Below are positions 10,945-23,370 of a stretch of DNA of 64,000 nt, piece by piece (position 1 is the stretch's first letter; every line of letters begins with the position of its first letter). The translations under genes were made by a program, and so were the position numbers. The notes beneath the pieces were generated by a model, which saw nothing but the letters and a program-made list of their open reading frames with translations, searched no databases and had not been told where the DNA came from. Where the stretch lies: assembly GCA_002269645.1 (NCBI GenBank), contig NIVC01003962.1, positions 3,487 to 67,486 of the forward strand. The letters run 5' to 3'. The stretch comes from Macrostomum lignano (Eukaryota).

Positions 10945-13199
10945 CTAAGAGCCAACCAATGGTTTTGACTTTTTCAAAACAGCTTCACCTTCAATCTGCA
11001 TTCGGTTGAGCCGCTGAGGGAATTCCGGCCCCAGCAATAATTGCAGGGCAACAAAAGTGAACACAGCGGTCAGACCCCAGATCCTGGGCAGCTGATCCCT
11101 GAGAACAGGCACTGCGTACCGACCATAACCTGGCCTGTCAAATACTGTGTAGCCCCAGGCACCCGGCTTGTCCAACAGGTGTTCCAGCGATCGAAACAGA
11201 ACAAGCGACACCTCATCGGGATTTGCTCTCAGCTCACTTAGGCTGGCCAATTCACCGCAGTATCCGATCACAGGTGTGACTGCGAATTTGGCAGATGTCT
11301 GAAATTGCATAGGGCTAGATTAGATTAGATTAGATTGGATCAGATTAGATGAAATTAGATAAGATCAGATTAGATCAGGTCAGATCAGATTAGATTAAAT
11401 CAGAGTAGATTAGATTAGATTAGATTATATTATATAAGATTAGATCAGAGTAGATTCGATTCGATTAGATAAGATTAACTCAGATCAGAGTAGATTCGAT
11501 TCGATTAGATAAGATTAACTCAGACAAGATTAGATTAGATCAGAGTAGAATAGATTAGATCAGAGTAGATTAGATTAGATAAGAGTAGATTAGATTAGAT
11601 TAGACTAAACCAGAGTAGATTAAATTAGATTAGATCATATTATATAAGATTAGATCAGAGTAGATTCGATTCGATTAGATCAGATTAGCTCAGAGTGGAT
11701 TAGATTAGATCAGAGTAGATTTGATTAGATCAGATTAGAGTAGATTAGATTGGATTAGATCAGATTAGCTCAGATCAGATTAGATTAGATCAGAGTAGAT
11801 TTTATTAGATTAGATAAGAGTAGATTAGATTAGATAAGAGTAGATTAGATTAGATAAGAGTAGATTAGATTAGATAAGAGTAGATTAGATTAGATAAGAG
11901 TAGATTAGATCAGATTAGAGTAGATTAGATTAGATCAGATTAGAGTAGATTAGTTTAGATTCAATTAGAATTTCTTTTTTACAAACAGATTCAATAGGAA
12001 CTTCACCGTTAAAAACATTTTATTCTTTAATGAAACTAAGAATAATGACTATTCAAGGCTTTATACAAGCACACTATGAACTTTTATTTAATTTACCCTT
12101 TCTTAGCTGACAGATAAAAGATTGCTAGTTCAATCAATAATCTACACTAATAATAGTAAGTATATCCCCAGGCAGCAACTATCAACAGTCAAGCAATATT
12201 GTACAAATCAACAGTTTCTCACAGTATGCGACCGATGGGCGCCCCAAACGTCGACCCGACCAGCCGACAAGCCAATCTCCTCTTCGGCCTCCCTCAGAGC
12301 TGTCGCAGCCGCCCAGCTCAACTCAAGGTCGAAGTCGCAGTCCCTTCCGGTGGAGTTTAATTCGCGCACACCGCCAGGGAAGCTGACCTACAATGCAGTG
12401 TAGCGCAATTTGATTTATAGGTCTGCGGCCCAGCGGTATCGCGTCTGTCTTCGGTTCAGGAGGACCCGGGTTCGATCCCTGGTCCAACTTGCAATAATTT
12501 TAGGAAAAATATTTTTTTAATAAAAAAACTCGTATTATTACTACTAGTAGAGTATTAAAAATATTTTCTTGTTAATTATTTATCATATTATTTTATATAT
12601 TTTTTATTATGAGTAGAGTATTCAATAAATTTTCATTCTTACTTTTTTGGTGCATGTAATATTTCGCCATTTCTACTGTTTAGTAGAGTGTCGAGGAAAG
12701 GCTATGTGTAGAAATATCGATATTTATTTAATTTTAACATGTACACAATGATTTAATCAGACTTTGCTACTTAGAAACAATCCAAATTAAAAATGGGTGC
12801 CAGAATTAGCTGTGGCAATTGAATGTGTATGTAGCGACCCCCATCTGACCCATTAGGGCCGGTGTAATCAATTATTATTATTATTATTAATATGCCAATC
12901 AATTTTGCCAGCTAGCTGCCTACCTGCCCACTGTGGCTCCTGAGCTGGCCGGAACGCACGGTGTACAGGAGCCCGGGTCCGACGTCCTTCAGCACGCAGA
13001 ACGGCACCAACACGCTGGCCTGTCGATGATCTGCGGAAGCTGGGACGGACACTGGATGAGGCAGCCGCTGAGCCTGCTTCTGCAGAGCTTCAATGCAGCG
13101 TAGGCGGTTGGCACCTTCGAACAGGTGGCAGCGATGCATGCGGCTGAAGGGCGGGGGAGTGTCTTGAGAGACCTCTGTGGCATCTGGCCTAAGGGACAT
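10945..13199 (-). CDS. NUDT8: Nudix hydrolase of the CoA-pyrophosphatase type, NUDT8-like; 3 exons: 13199-12924, 12387-12223, 11298-10945 (264 aa)
   Basis: GT-AG introns, all phase 0. Motifs QASVLVP..LLYTVRSGQLRSHSGQVSFPGG, ATALREAEEEIGL, VTPVIG, NPDEV, RIWGLTAVFT. Confidence 0.85.
11315..11965. repeat. (AGATT)n-rich microsatellite, NUDT8 intron 2
   Basis: Directly visible. Confidence 0.95.
12419..12490 (+). pseudogene. tRNA-derived sequence (Arg-TCG-like), pseudogene or SINE head
   Basis: A-box-like GGCCCAGCGG, anticodon arm TCTGT-CTTCGGT-TCAGG, B box GGTTCGATCC. The acceptor stem does not pair, so it is not called a functional tRNA. Confidence 0.55.
12785..12892 (+). mobile_element. SINE core and 3' tail fragment ending in (ATT)n
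   Basis: AAAATGGGTGCCAG..GCGACCCCCA matches the SINE core. CATCTGACCCATTAGGGCCGGTGTAATCAATTATTATT matches the reverse complement of 17648-17690. Confidence 0.55.
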
Positions 13200-13246
13200 G
13201 CCAATTACGCTTTGTATGCAACTAAGGCTTGAGACTTGGGATTCAA

Positions 13247-13750
13247 AGTGTGATTCTTAGAAAAGCAGTGTGATTCTTAGGATATTCAGTGTCATTCTTA
13301 GAAAGTCAGAGTTTGATTCTTAAAAAACCAGGGTGTGATTCTTAGAAAACCAGGGTGTGATTCTTAGAATTTGCAGTGTGATTCTTAGAATTATGCAGTG
13401 TGATTCTTAGAATATGCAGTGTGATTCTTAGAAAACCAGGGTGTGATTCTTAGAATTTGCAGTGTGATTCTTAGAATTATGCAGTGTGATTCTTAGAATA
13501 TGCAGTGTGATTCTTAGAATATGCAGTGATTCTTAGAATAGGCAGTGTGATTCTTAGAATATGCAGTGTGATTCTTAGAATAGGCAGTGTGATTCTTAGA
13601 ATATGCAGTGATTCTTAGAATAGGCAGTGTGATTCTTAGAATATGCAGTGTGATTCTTAGAATATGCAGTGTGATTCTTATTATCTTTAATAACTCTCAG
13701 ACTATTGAATAGATTTCTTATAAAACTTCTAAAAGCGTGATTCTTAGAAT
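13247..13750. repeat. ~21-bp minisatellite (GTGTGATTCTTAGAATATGCA) between RPE and NUDT8
   Basis: Directly visible. Confidence 0.93.
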
Positions 13751-14152
13751 ACACTTGGCTTCGTGAAAAATGATTAAGATTTAAAAATGATAAATTGGTA
13801 TTCTTCAAGTAAAAGCATTTTTAATTTCAAAATAGATCTTATTAGTACTACTTTATTACTATAAATTAAAATTCTTATAATAAAGCTCTTCAAGATATTA
13901 AAACAATAAAAGTACAACTGGATTAGGACTTTAAAAAGCTTAATTGTTTAAAGTTTAATTTTAACACATTATAATAAGAAACAAGAAATTTTCATATTTG
14001 AAATTTTATCAAATAATTTCACATAAGTTTCATTTCTAATAATTCATAAAGCCTAAAATGCACTACAAAAATGGTTGGAAATCGCATTGCACTACAAATA
14101 CCATACGAGCCTACAACCAAGTTAATAAATTATAAAAAGTAATTTTCTATTT

Positions 14153-15440
14153 TCAAGATTTATAAACCGATTTCAGTCGAGCAACCACAGCGGCCGGGTC
14201 TGGGCTCTTGATCAGGGCGGTGCCGGACACCAGAACGTTGGCACCGGCTGATGCGCACTGCGCAACATTGTCTGGCGTTACGCCACCATCAACTTCAATA
14301 TCTAACGTGGCGTATCGATCGCGGAGCGACTTCACTTTGGGCATCATGTCAGACATGAACGACTGACCCCCGAAGCCTGGATGGACCGTCATTACTAGGA
14401 TCTGCGAGGTATATAGGATTTGGGATCGGAATGGTTAGGGTAGGAATCTAGATATTGAGATTGCGATCATTGACTTTGAGATTGAGATTTTTGATTCTGA
14501 GATTGGGATTATTGATTCTGAGATTGGGATTATTGATTCTGAGATGGGGATTACTGATTCTGAGATTGGGATTATTGATTCTGAGATTGGGATTATTGAT
14601 TTTGAGATTGGGATTATTGATTCTGAGATTGGGATTATTGATTTTGAGATTGGGATTATTGATTCTGAGATACGAATTCTTGATTTTAAGATTGGGATTT
14701 CTTATTTTAGGATTGGGATTCTTGATTTATGATCATACATTCCATGACATCTTGAAAAGGGGCCTAAATGACATTGATATCAGGAATAAAAACTACAGTC
14801 CTAGTAATTAATAGAATGAATGATTTATTAAATTTTCAATAACCTGGTCAACAGACTCCACAAAGGGAAACACCAAATGCACAGGCGTGTCCGGGCTGAT
14901 CCCAAGTCCCACTCGCATCCTATTCTCTCGGATATGCCGAATGCACTCGCTGCAAGCTTCGGTGTCAACATTCCCGACGACTGGCGAAGAAGAGTCGCTG
15001 CCGCCACCTGTGGAGCCGATTTGACAGAATGGCTCCAGGTGGAATGTGTACTGATTGGCCCCCGCACTGGCCATGGGCTGCACCCACTGGCGCGGCTTAG
15101 AGACCATCATGTGCACCTGGGAGTCAGGGTGAGAATGATGGGTGAGAAGGACATTCCTGGCTACGCGCAAAACTATTGAACTGAAATTACTGCCTAATTG
15201 TCTCTCTGTCTGTCTGCCTGCCTGTCTGTCTGTCTGTCTGCCTGTTTTTCCGTCTGCCTGCCTGTTTTTCCGTCTGCCTGCCTGCCTGTTTTTCCGTCTG
15301 CCTGCCTGTTTTTCCGTCTGTCTGTCTGTCTGTCTGTCTATCTGTTAGTCTGCCTGTCTGTCTGCCCGTCTGCCTGTCTGTCTGTCTGCCTGCCTGTCTG
15401 TCTGTCTGCCTGTTTTTTTGTCTGTCTGCCTGCCTGTTTT

Positions 15441-15475
<35 letters not shown>

Positions 15476-15899
15476 GTTAGTCTGCCTGTCTGTCTGCCCG
15501 TCTGCCTGTCTGCCTGTCTGTCTGTCTGCCTGCCTGTCTGTCTGTCTGCCTGTTTTTTGTCTGTCTGCCTGCCTGTTTTTCTGTCTGTCTGTCTGTCTGT
15601 CTATCTGTTAGTCTGCCTGTCTGTCTGCCCGTCTGCCTGTCTGTCTGTCTGTCTGTCTGCCTGCCTGTTTTTCTGTCTGTCTGTCTGTCTGTCTATCTGT
15701 TAGTCTGCCTGCCTGTCTGTCTGTTTTTTTTGTCTGTCTGCCTGCCTGTTTTTCCGTCTGCCTGCCTGTTTTTCCGTCTGTCTGTCTGTCTGTCTGTCTA
15801 TCTGTTAGTCTGCCTGTCTGTCTGCCCGTCTGCCTGTCTGTCTGCCTGCCTGTCTGTCTGCCTGCCTGTTTTTCTGTCTGTCTGCCTGCCTGTTTTTCC

Positions 15900-15935
<36 letters not shown>

Positions 15936-16536
15936 GTTAGTCTGCCTGTCTGTCTGCCCGTCTGCCTGTCTGTCTGTCTGCCTGCTTGTCTGTCTCTCTG
16001 TCTGTCTGTCTGTCTGTCTGTCTGCCTGCCTGTCGGTCTGTCTGCATTTTTCATGCCCAGTAGTATCTCATCAAATATCATAAATTTCTTATAACTGTAT
16101 TCCTAACGACTATTTTCTCTCTGTGCCATTCTATTGCATCAAGCAAGCAAGCAAGCATCAAGCAAGCAAGCATCAATGCATCAAGCATTGTCATCAATCC
16201 AACTGTCCCAGTGTCTGTATGCACATCTTATTAGTGTACAGTGCAGTCATATAAGCTTAGTCCAGTGGTATCAATGCCAGCCCGAATCAGCACAAAACAT
16301 CAACTGCTAACCTCAAGAAGTACACCTGGCAGCTTTGGACGAAGGCACTGCACAACAGGATGACCAAATGTTAAATTTGGCACAAAGTGGCCATCCATGA
16401 CATCCAGATGGAGAAAATCAGAACCAGCTGAAATCATTCTGTTGCATTCCGAGTGCAGCTCGGCCAGGTCTGAGTTCAGAATGGAAGCAGCAACCTTCAC
16501 TGGTGGTGAATGAGGCTGACACTGTTGCGGCTGCAT
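14153..16536 (-). CDS. RPE: Ribulose-phosphate 3-epimerase; 3 exons: 16536-16312, 15116-14844, 14401-14153 (248 aa)
   Basis: Motifs [69 protein letters not shown] introns, phase 0. Confidence 0.95.
14450..14730. repeat. 21-bp minisatellite (GAGATTGGGATTATTGATTCT), RPE intron 2
   Basis: Directly visible. Confidence 0.93.
15190..16045. repeat. Compound (CTGT/CTGC)n microsatellite, RPE intron 1
   Basis: Directly visible. Confidence 0.96.
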
Positions 16537-17647
16537 TAGGACTTGGTGTTTATTAAATATGAGCAAACTTAACAAGATAGTTTACCAATAGAAGATTTTC
16601 TCATGAATAAAAAGGTAATTTGCTTATTTCTCTAAGTATAATATTTAGGTCCTAACAAACAAGTATGCCATTTTATAATAGGGGTTAATAGGGAATAATA
16701 GGAATAAACTACAAGATTAGCTAATACATATATTACTATATTATTATAAAAGCATATGCCTAGCTAAAAGCGGACAAGAAAATAATATAATAATAGTGAA
16801 GTGTATTGAAAATTGGAAATGCATCTATAATTTTTTTAGATGTATGTATGCATATACATATGTTTTCATTCTTTGAACTTTTTGCATTGTATAAATGAAA
16901 TTTTTGTTGCAGTAAACATTAATTATTGGGCCCAATAACTGAAACCTTTTTTGATATATTTTTACATAGATAGGCCTAGGATTCATTCAAAATTGACCTT
17001 AATAGGGAAACAAAAATATGATATAGTTTAAAGTATTTATCAAAATTATTTTAATTTGTTTTAATTATATATATCCATATATACATACTATATTGGCATA
17101 TAATCTTATATCTAAAGCTGAGTAGACCAACTAGGTTTAAGTTTATTGTGTATCTCCCCCTAGATGACTGGCAACTCAAATGCCATACTTCTAACAGTAT
17201 GATCTCAAGTTAACAGAGAGAGTCTTGATTGACTGCAATTTGATAGAGATAGTATTGATATTAAATTGATAAGATGCAATTTATTAGAGGATTTTGATGA
17301 AGGATTCTTGTTTCACAGAGAGGATTTTGATAGATTTCAATTTCATAAAGAGTTAAAATGTGAAAGAAACATGAATAGAAAAAAGAGAAAAAAAATAAAA
17401 AGGAGAAAAAGATAAGAGAACAAGGCAAGAGAAGAGATAAGAGCAAGAGGAGGCAATAGATTATACCAAATTTTCTAGTGCAAATCAACAATTTCTCTGA
17501 CATATTTGCCATACTTATAGTGCAAAACTGCATAGTTGGATGAATATAGGCCTATTCTATGAATTAGTAATTATTAGACTTTTGCTGATTATTGTAATGT
17601 ATAATTCTTTGCATCTTTTAGATGTCTTTTTATTATAATTATAGTAA

Positions 17648-17950
17648 TAACAATAATAATAATAGATTACACCTGCCCCAATTGGGCCAGATGTGCAACT
17701 GACAGCTCAGCCGCAGCTATTGCGTGGCACATTGTAAAGCTACATATAGCTGTTCAGTCCAGGGACTAGGAGGTTGCCATATACCCTCAATTATCCCAGC
17801 TAATACTAATACCCATTTTATAGCTGGGTGAACTAAAGCAATGCAGAATTAAGTGTTTTGCTCAAGGACACAAATTGTTCCAAGTGGGATTAGGAATCAA
17901 ACTCCCAACCTTCAAGCTATGAGGCTGACACTCTAAACCAATAGGCTATA
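17648..17950 (-). mobile_element. CORE-like SINE, copy B (near full length, heavily mutated)
   Basis: Aligns to copies A and C. Degenerate tRNA head at about 17880-17950 and (TAA)n tail at about 17650-17670. Confidence 0.7.
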
Positions 17951-18127
17951 ACCACCATATTCCCCCAACCTCCAATTCCTTGCATATATATAATTATAGA
18001 ATATACAAAATTTGTTCATTTTATTATGAATATAAGAGTATTCAAATTTTAATTAAATTAAATTTTCTGTCTGCTATTTACTATTCACTATTATTATACA
18101 AATAGATAATTTTTTATTTGATTATAA

Positions 18128-19495
18128 GTTAACAGTAAGAATGCAAAGCAATTTTACCATCTATTGAACTACCAAGAGGGGGGAAATCCCCCCTCTTGGA
18201 TCTCCTACTTGGAAATCCCCCCCCAACAATTTTTTTTGCTGCATTGGAACAGAGCAACGCAGGCACACGAAATTCAAGAACATGGGCTAAATTTCTGTTA
18301 TATACCTTCTCAAACACGAATCAAGTCGCCAGTCCTCCAGACTGTCAAGATATTTGATGATTCTGCCAGAAGGTTGGATTTTTCCCATAAGTGCTAGTAT
18401 ATTCAGTACATGAATACACCCCTGTGCACCATTTAGCACTATGCCTTAGTGCAGCCAAGTCTCTAAATTTCATCAGCACGTCAACCACATGTGTCTGCAT
18501 CAGTTCTGACTTTGTTGGTCATTAGCCTTCACCCAGGTGAAGCTTCTGGACCCTCAACAGGTGGCACCAGGTGACTATAGACATCCTGATGCAGATTTCT
18601 CTAGTTTTGCCGATCAAGCCCCAACAGTGGGCAAGAATCAACTGCCAGACATTCTCAGCTAGTCTCTCAAGCATTCTGTCATCATCCCAATGCCATCAGC
18701 TCCTTCAACAGATTACACTAGGTGACTATGGACAGCCTGATAAGAATTTTTCTAGTTTCGCTGATCAAGCCTCGACAGTCGGCAAAAATCAAAAAACAAT
18801 TGCTAGACATCCTCAGCTAGTCAGTCAAGCATTTAGCCATCATCCCAATGCCGTCAACACCTTCAACAGATTATACCAAGTGACTATGGACATTCTATTA
18901 GAACTATATCAGGTTTTTCTTATCAAGCTTCAATAATGGGCAAACCTCAACTGTCAGACATTCTCAGCTAGTCTCTCGAGTCATCACCTCAACACCGTCA
19001 GCACCTTCAACAGATTACACCAGGTGACTATGGACACCTAAGCATGATTTTTCATCATGCTCTTAACATTTGTGAAGCTCTCAAAATTTTTAGCATGGGC
19101 ATTGCGCCATTGCTATAGTTAAGCTTGAACTCATGTTGCTATATATTTATATTATTATTACACATACTTTATACATACAAGCTACATACATATTTTATTT
19201 GACAAGCTGTTTAGTTTATTCAACTATAATATTGAACCCAATTTTTATGCAGAAGGGTTGTTTTTAAAAAATGAAAAAACCATTTGAATTTACTGGCACA
19301 CAAATGACCTTGAATATATCAATGGTCCAAAAGGCTGGCAACTTGATTCTTGTTTGAGAAGGTGTGCAACAAAAAGTTAGCCCATGTTCTTAAATTTTGT
19401 GTGCCTGCGTTGCCCCATTCTGGCATAGCAAAAAAATTGTTAGGGAGAGAGAATTTTTCCCCTCCTCTTAGTAGTTCTACTGTTAATATACTACT
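18128..19495. mobile_element. Foldback/MITE-like element: ~200-bp inverted repeats around ~150-bp internal tandem units
   Basis: 18170-18340 is the reverse complement of 19330-19490 (e.g. GCAACGCAGGCACAC, AAGAACATGGGCTAA, CCTTCTCAAACA). The GGTGACTAT..CAGATTA unit recurs at about 18570, 18720, 18880 and 19020. Confidence 0.65.
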
Positions 19496-20811
19496 TATAT
19501 TAAAAACCTTGTTAAAATTAAAAACTATTAAAAACTAGGCCTATATATACCTTGGAAAAATGACACCATTTTTGGTATATACTCTGGTTTTTTAGGCCAT
19601 ACAATAGCCACTGGCTATCCAAAAAGCCATTGGCAACTGGATTTGTGGCATCAGAGGCCAATCTGGCAAGCAACTTGAACCAAGGCAGTTGCCAATGATA
19701 AAACAGTCTGTCACATTTCATTACTGCTAAGATTGGCTTGGCTAAAAACCTGAAGCCTGAGCTGATTTGAGCATATTATTTTTTTGTCAATTCGTGAAAA
19801 TTGTTGCAAAAACAACTTTATAAAGTGGGACACTGAAATAGGTCAGTTGCCAATTGGCAACTAAGGATGGCAATTGGCAACTAGATTTTGAGCTCCAGTT
19901 GCCAAGCAACTGGATTTCAGATGAAAAAACCCAGTATATACTAATGTATGCCAAATATACTATTTTATGCAAAGCTTCATATAATTACTTTTGAAATGTT
20001 ACTACTATACTAGTGATTTTGATATTGAATTTCATTAGATAAAGTAAAAAAACTTAAAATAATAATTATATTTGTATAGCTTTTTGTACATATAAAAACA
20101 AAAATTAAATTTGTGACTTTTGGCTAAAATTATAAATTGTTACCTTATAAAAACATGGAAAGCAACACTGCAGAAAATAGTTATCAGACTTCCAATATAC
20201 TAAAAATGAGTTGTCTGTATGTATGTATGTGGGTAGGTATGCGATAGATTTCAGAAAAATTGGCTCAACCGATTTTCTTCAAACTTGCACCATTCAATCA
20301 GAAATTTTCCTGGGACGGTACATGCATCTTGGCTAATAAATTGCTCAATGTTAAAGGGATTAAATATTCGAAAAACATGCTTTTTTGCAAAGGTCAAGCA
20401 GCTCTTTTGACCTGAAATGCATTGTAAGAATGCTAGAGAAAAAACTGACTGACTGAATTCCGATTATGATAAAGATTGCATCGCAACAAGTTGAAAACAG
20501 TGCCGAAGAAATGCACACACGACATGATTTAAATTGCGTAACCATATTGCTAACTTGAAGTGAGACTGATACTGGCTGACTGAGAAATTGATTATGTCAT
20601 AACTTTTTACTCCAATTGACTTGCTGTAAGAATTGAATTATAAGGGCCACAATTCATGTTCTCCAGTTGAAAAGAGATAGCCCTGATGCGAACAGACTGG
20701 AATGCTAATGTAGCAACCTGGGTTCGAATCTTAGTAGCACAAAATAATTTTTTTATTAAAATACCTTAAAAACAAAAAAACTGCTAAACATAAAAGAAGC
20801 GCAATAGAAGA

Positions 20812-21520
20812 GCCACCATGTCAAACCTAAAGGAGCCACCATGTCGAACATTAAAGAACCACCATGTCGAACATAAAAGAGCCACCATGTCGAACATTAA
20901 AAAGCCACCATGTCAAACATAAAAGAGCCAACATGAAGAACATTAAAGAGCCACAATGTTAAACATTAAAGAGCCACCATTTCAAACCTAAAGGAGCCAC
21001 CATGTCGAACATAAAAGAGCCACCATATCGAACATAAAAGAGTCACCATGTCAAACATAAAACAGCCACCATTTCAAAAATTAAAGAGCCACCATGTCAA
21101 ACATTAAAGAGCCACTATGTCGAACATAAAAGAGCCACCATATCAAACATAAAAGAGTTACCATGTCAAACATTAAAGAGCCACCATGTCGAACATTAAA
21201 GAGCCACCATGTCAAACATAAAACAGACACCATTAAGAACATTAAAGAGTCACCATGTCAAACATTAAAGAGCCACCATGTCAAACATTAAAGAGCCACC
21301 GTTTCAAACCTAAAAGAGCCACCATGTCGAACATTAAAAAGCCACCATGTCGAACATAAAAGAGCCACCATGTCAAACCTAAAAAAAGCCACCATGTCAA
21401 ACATAGAAGAGCCACCATGTCAAACCTAAAGGAGCTACCATGTCAAACATACAAGAGCCACCATGTCAAACATAGAAGAGCCACTATGTCAAACATAAAA
21501 GAGCCACTATGTCAAACATT
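20812..21520. repeat. ~21-bp minisatellite (AAAGAGCCACCATGTCAAACAT)
   Basis: Directly visible. Confidence 0.93.
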
Positions 21521-21624
21521 CAAGATATACAATTTCAAATGTAAAGGTATAAAGCGCCATGCCAATTTAAAGGAGCCACTATAAAGCTAAGGAAATTGTC
21601 GCACTAGCTACTTATTGTCTGGTG

Positions 21625-22570
21625 GATGGTTGCTATTTGGGGATGCTATCTATCTGGGGGATGCTTGCTATTTGGAGGATGCTTGCTTTCTGGGGGATGC
21701 TTGCTATCTGGGCGATGCTTGCAATTTGGGGGATGCTTGCTATCTGGTGGATGCTTGCTATCTGAGGGATGCTTGCTATCTGAGGGATGCTTGCTATCTG
21801 AGTGATGCTTGCTATCTGGGGGATGCTTGCTATCTGAGGGATGCTTGCTATCTGAGGGATGCTTGCTATTTGGGGTATGCTTGCTATCTGAGGGATGCTT
21901 GCTATCTTAGGGATGCTTGCTATCTGGGGAATGCTTGCTATCTGGGTAATGTTTGCTATCTGGAGGATGCTTGCTATCTGGGGGATGCTTGCTATCTGAG
22001 GGATGCTTGCTATCTGAGTGATGCTTGCTATCTGGGGGATGCTTGCTATCTGAGGGATGCTTGCTATCTGAGTGATGCTTGCTATTTGGGGTATGCTTGC
22101 TATCTGAGGGATGCTTGCTATCTTAGGGATGCTTGCTATCTGGGGAATGCTTGCTATCTGGGGAATGCTTGCTATCTGGGTGATGTTTGCTATCTGGGGG
22201 GTGCTTGCTATCTGGGGAATGCTTGCTATCTGGAGGATGCTTGCTATCTGGGGGAATGCTTGCTATCTGGGGAATGCTTGCTATCTGGGGGAATGCTTGC
22301 TATCTGGAGGATGCTTGCTATCTGAGGGATGCTTGCTATCTGGGGAATGCTTGCTATCTGGGGAATGTTTGCTATCTGGGGAATGCTTGCTATCTGGGGA
22401 ATGTTTGCTATCTGGGGAATGCTTGCTATCTGGGGGATGCTTGCTATTTGAGGGATGCTTGCTATCTGGGGAATGCTTGCTATCTGGGGGAATGCTTGCT
22501 ATCTGGAGGATGTTTGCTATCTGGGGGAATGCTTGCTATCTGGAGGATGCTTGCTATCTGGGGGATGCTT
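21625..22570. repeat. 18/19-bp minisatellite (GGGATGCTTGCTATCTGG)
   Basis: Directly visible. Confidence 0.95.
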
Positions 22571-23109
22571 GTGGTCTTGGGAAGATTTCTTATTGCAATT
22601 CACTTCATTTGAGCAGTTTGTCTGTTGTCTTTGTGAAGGATTTTTTTGGCTGTCTTTTTGTTACTTGTAGAGAACACAGATTCTATCAAGATGTCCCCCA
22701 TCAGGGGGCGAAGATTGCTAGTTATTGACTATAATTCTCTGGTGTAACTCCAAGCATGAAATGGACTTTGGCTAATAGGGGCCTGAGAAAAATGCAATAT
22801 AACTAGGGCATAGGCCTAAAAATATTAAAATTTATAACACAAAAGATTTTTTAGGTCTAAAATTCTATAAATAGAAAAATATTATTAAAAAGAATAAAGA
22901 AATTTCTAAAAATCTTAAAAATCTAACTGTCATTCCTAGCAATAGCAATCTATCTTAATATCTTTTTAAAAATAAAAATGGGAATTTACAGTGTAAATTA
23001 CACTAGCCCATTTAGACTTTTGGTGGATAAGGGGAAACTAAGCAGTAAAAATATATTTTAAATTTAGCATAATACAATGATAATGTATTATATTATGCAA
23101 TGAAAACAC

Positions 23110-23370
23110 TACCATTGCCAAGCTTATTTGGATTAATTCGGTTTCACTGCATTTATATTTGACTGTCTGTGGCTTCTGTGGCAGCACCTCAAAAAGGAAA
23201 CAAAAAGTTTGCACTATTGCATCTTTTTCAAGTGAATAATAAAAGCATTACATGTTGCCCATGCGTAGCACAATTTATGTGAACAATGTGATAAAAATTG
23301 TTATCAAGTGATAGCAATGTACATACCATGCAAGGAAACCGAATTAATCCAAATAAGCTTGGTAATGGTA
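23110..23370. mobile_element. Small MITE with ~41-bp TIRs and a TA flank (Tc1/mariner-type)
   Basis: TA|CCATTGCCAAGCTTATTTGGATTAATTCGGTTTCACTGCAT at 23110-23152; inverted copy ATGCAAGGAAACCGAATTAATCCAAATAAGCTTGGTAATGG|TA at 23328-23370 (3 mismatches). Confidence 0.7.

Noticed and set aside
12419-12490. Functional tRNA gene
   Set aside because: Acceptor stem does not pair and the anticodon stem is mismatched; treated as a tRNA-derived relic.
4646-16536. JMJD4-NUDT8-RPE as a functional operon or pathway cluster
   Set aside because: Co-oriented, but spacers of 0.9-1.3 kb hold satellites and the enzymes share no pathway; there is no sequence evidence for polycistronic transcription.
21615-22728. 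Cys/Leu-rich repeat ORFs (DACYLG)n
   Set aside because: Minisatellite translation; not a leucine-rich or Cys-rich protein.
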